Of a DNA stretch of 64,000 bases, positions 62,929 to 64,000 are shown piece by piece. Both the position numbers and the translations under genes were made by a program. Source of the stretch: Candidatus Saccharimonadales bacterium (GTDB lineage: Bacteria > Patescibacteriota > Saccharimonadia > UBA4664 > SCTI01). The notes beneath the pieces are model-generated. The model was not told where the DNA came from. It did no database searches and saw only the letters and a program-made list of their open reading frames with translations. The DNA is taken from assembly GCA_035479795.1 (NCBI GenBank), contig DATIII010000002.1:7-64006 (forward strand), in the 5' to 3' direction. How positions within the stretch are numbered: the stretch's first letter is position 1; each line of letters opens with the position of its first letter.

Positions 62929-64000
62929 CTACTGCAGAAGCGGCAACTGCTTGGCTATGGGCATGGTAAAACTAAACTTAGATCCCTTGTGCTCGCGACT
63001 GGTAGCCCAGATGCGCCCGCCATGAGATTCCACTAAATTCTTCACGATGTACAGCCCCAGACCGCTGCCCCCCGCCTGCATACTCATGGGGTTATAAATG
63101 CGACCAAACTTTTGAAACAACTGGTCAACATTGGCAGCCGTAATGCCCACCCCCTGGTCGGTAATACTGGTCACCAGCTCATTACCTTGGACCTTAAAGT
63201 CGATATTGACCTCACTTTTGGGCAACGAATATTTGATAGCGTTATCAACTAAATTCAGTAGGATCTGTCTAAGTCTGGTCTCGTCGGCCAAGACTAATGG
63301 CAGTTTCTGGCGGCGATTTATTTTAATCATGATTTGCCGCTCAAAACCCTTCGAGGCCAGCTCGCTAACCACGTCACTAATTAACGGCTCAACCGCTAGC
63401 GGCGCTACCTTAAGCCGAATCTTGCCGCTTTCGATATAGCTGGCATCAAGCAGGTCTTCGACCAAGTTGATCATGCGCTGATTAGTTTGGTACACCCTAG
63501 TCAGAAAATGAAACTGCTTCTCGGAAAGTTCACCAAAATCCTTTTTGATGAGCATAGATAAGAAGCCTTTGATAGCACTCAGGGGTGTCCGCAGCTCATG
63601 CGAGACAATGGAAATAAAGTCGCTTTTGACCGCCTCAATTTCGCGCTCCTTTTGCACATTCGAAATTACCGCGATGCCACTAATAACCACGCCAGCGCTA
63701 TCAAAGATTGGCGAGTAACTGATTTCTGTCCAAATATGTTGGCCGTTTTTGGCCTGGAGCAGCGCCTCTCGCTTGGTTACCACTTCACCCTCACCCAGAA
63801 CATGTTTAATTGGCGACAAGGCCGACAGATTAAAGCCCTCAGGTGAAATCGTCCGCACCACATCCGTAAACAGCCGACCAACCACCTCCCCGCTATTGAA
63901 ACCGGTGAGCTTGCAGGCTGCTGGGTTGAAGCCAACAATCCGGCCATTCTTATCGAAGATCACAATGCCTTCTTCGGCAAACTGAAAGACCGCCTCCCAT
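62929..64000 (-). CDS. PAS-domain sensor histidine kinase (5' end beyond window)
   Basis: H-box SHELRTPLSAIKGF and HATPase motifs DQGVGI and GGSGLGL. The ORF is still open at the window end. Confidence 0.8.
   Translation of the reverse strand, partial: WEAVFQFAEEGIVIFDKNGRIVGFNPAACKLTGFNSGEVVGRLFTDVVRTISPEGFNLSALSPIKHVLGEGEVVTKREALLQAKNGQHIWTEISYSPIFDSAGVVISGIAVISNVQKEREIEAVKSDFISIVSHELRTPLSAIKGFLSMLIKKDFGELSEKQFHFLTRVYQTNQRMINLVEDLLDASYIESGKIRLKVAPLAVEPLISDVVSELASKGFERQIMIKINRRQKLPLVLADETRLRQILLNLVDNAIKYSLPKSEVNIDFKVQGNELVTSITDQGVGITAANVDQLFQKFGRIYNPMSMQAGGSGLGLYIVKNLVESHGGRIWATSREHKGSKFSFTMPIAKQLPLLQ

Overview
This 64 kb window is dense bacterial chromosome with a gene inventory resembling a small-genome Gram-positive-like lineage, possibly Patescibacteria/Saccharibacteria; that guess rests on gene content only. 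Background GC is about 50%, interrupted by several islands near 60% GC. No rRNA, CRISPR array, transposase or integrase was found.

Recognisable core genes:
- Cell shape and wall: mreB, WecB/TagA-family glycosyltransferase, O-antigen-ligase-like membrane protein, class E-like sortase, DacA-like carboxypeptidase, PBP1A.
- A dcw-type division cluster on the minus strand, mraZ-rsmH-ftsL-ftsI-mraY-ftsW-murG-ftsQ, with no mur ligases or ftsA/ftsZ after ftsQ.
- Translation: gltX, glyQS, pth, der, an RsuA/RluB pseudouridine synthase, a tRNA-dihydrouridine synthase, tRNA-Leu(CAA) and tRNA-Glu(CUC).
- DNA metabolism: xth, a staphylococcal-type nuclease, an HhH-GPD glycosylase-like gene, a phage Dda/RecD-like SF1B helicase, dprA, recO, topA, and a Ku plus LigD (PE-Lig-Pol) NHEJ pair.
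- Signalling: three histidine kinase / response regulator pairs.

Things that stand out:
- The high-GC islands carry small secreted, Cys-rich or orphan proteins. Five of these minus-strand genes sit behind near-identical consensus promoters (TTGACA/TTGACG, exactly 17 bp, then an extended -10).
- Two paralogous resuscitation-promoting-factor (Rpf)-like domain proteins are present; this domain is mainly known from Actinobacteria. One of them has an intrinsic-terminator hairpin between its promoter and start codon.
- A two-gene operon with overlapping stop/start codons (ATGA), an Ala/Glu-rich acidic convergent gene and the Dda-like helicase form a possible defence or toxin-antitoxin-like island.
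- A 490-aa orphan protein sits beside tRNA-Glu, next to what looks like the N-terminal remnant of hisS.
- A structured, repeat-rich 400-nt spacer upstream of dprA may encode a small RNA.
- Many genes look leaderless, with a TATAAT box 6-10 bp before the start codon.
- A plausible MraZ operator of three GTGGG direct repeats lies upstream of mraZ.
- A strongly Shine-Dalgarno-led 56-aa membrane ORF, missed by the ORF track, sits immediately upstream of ku.
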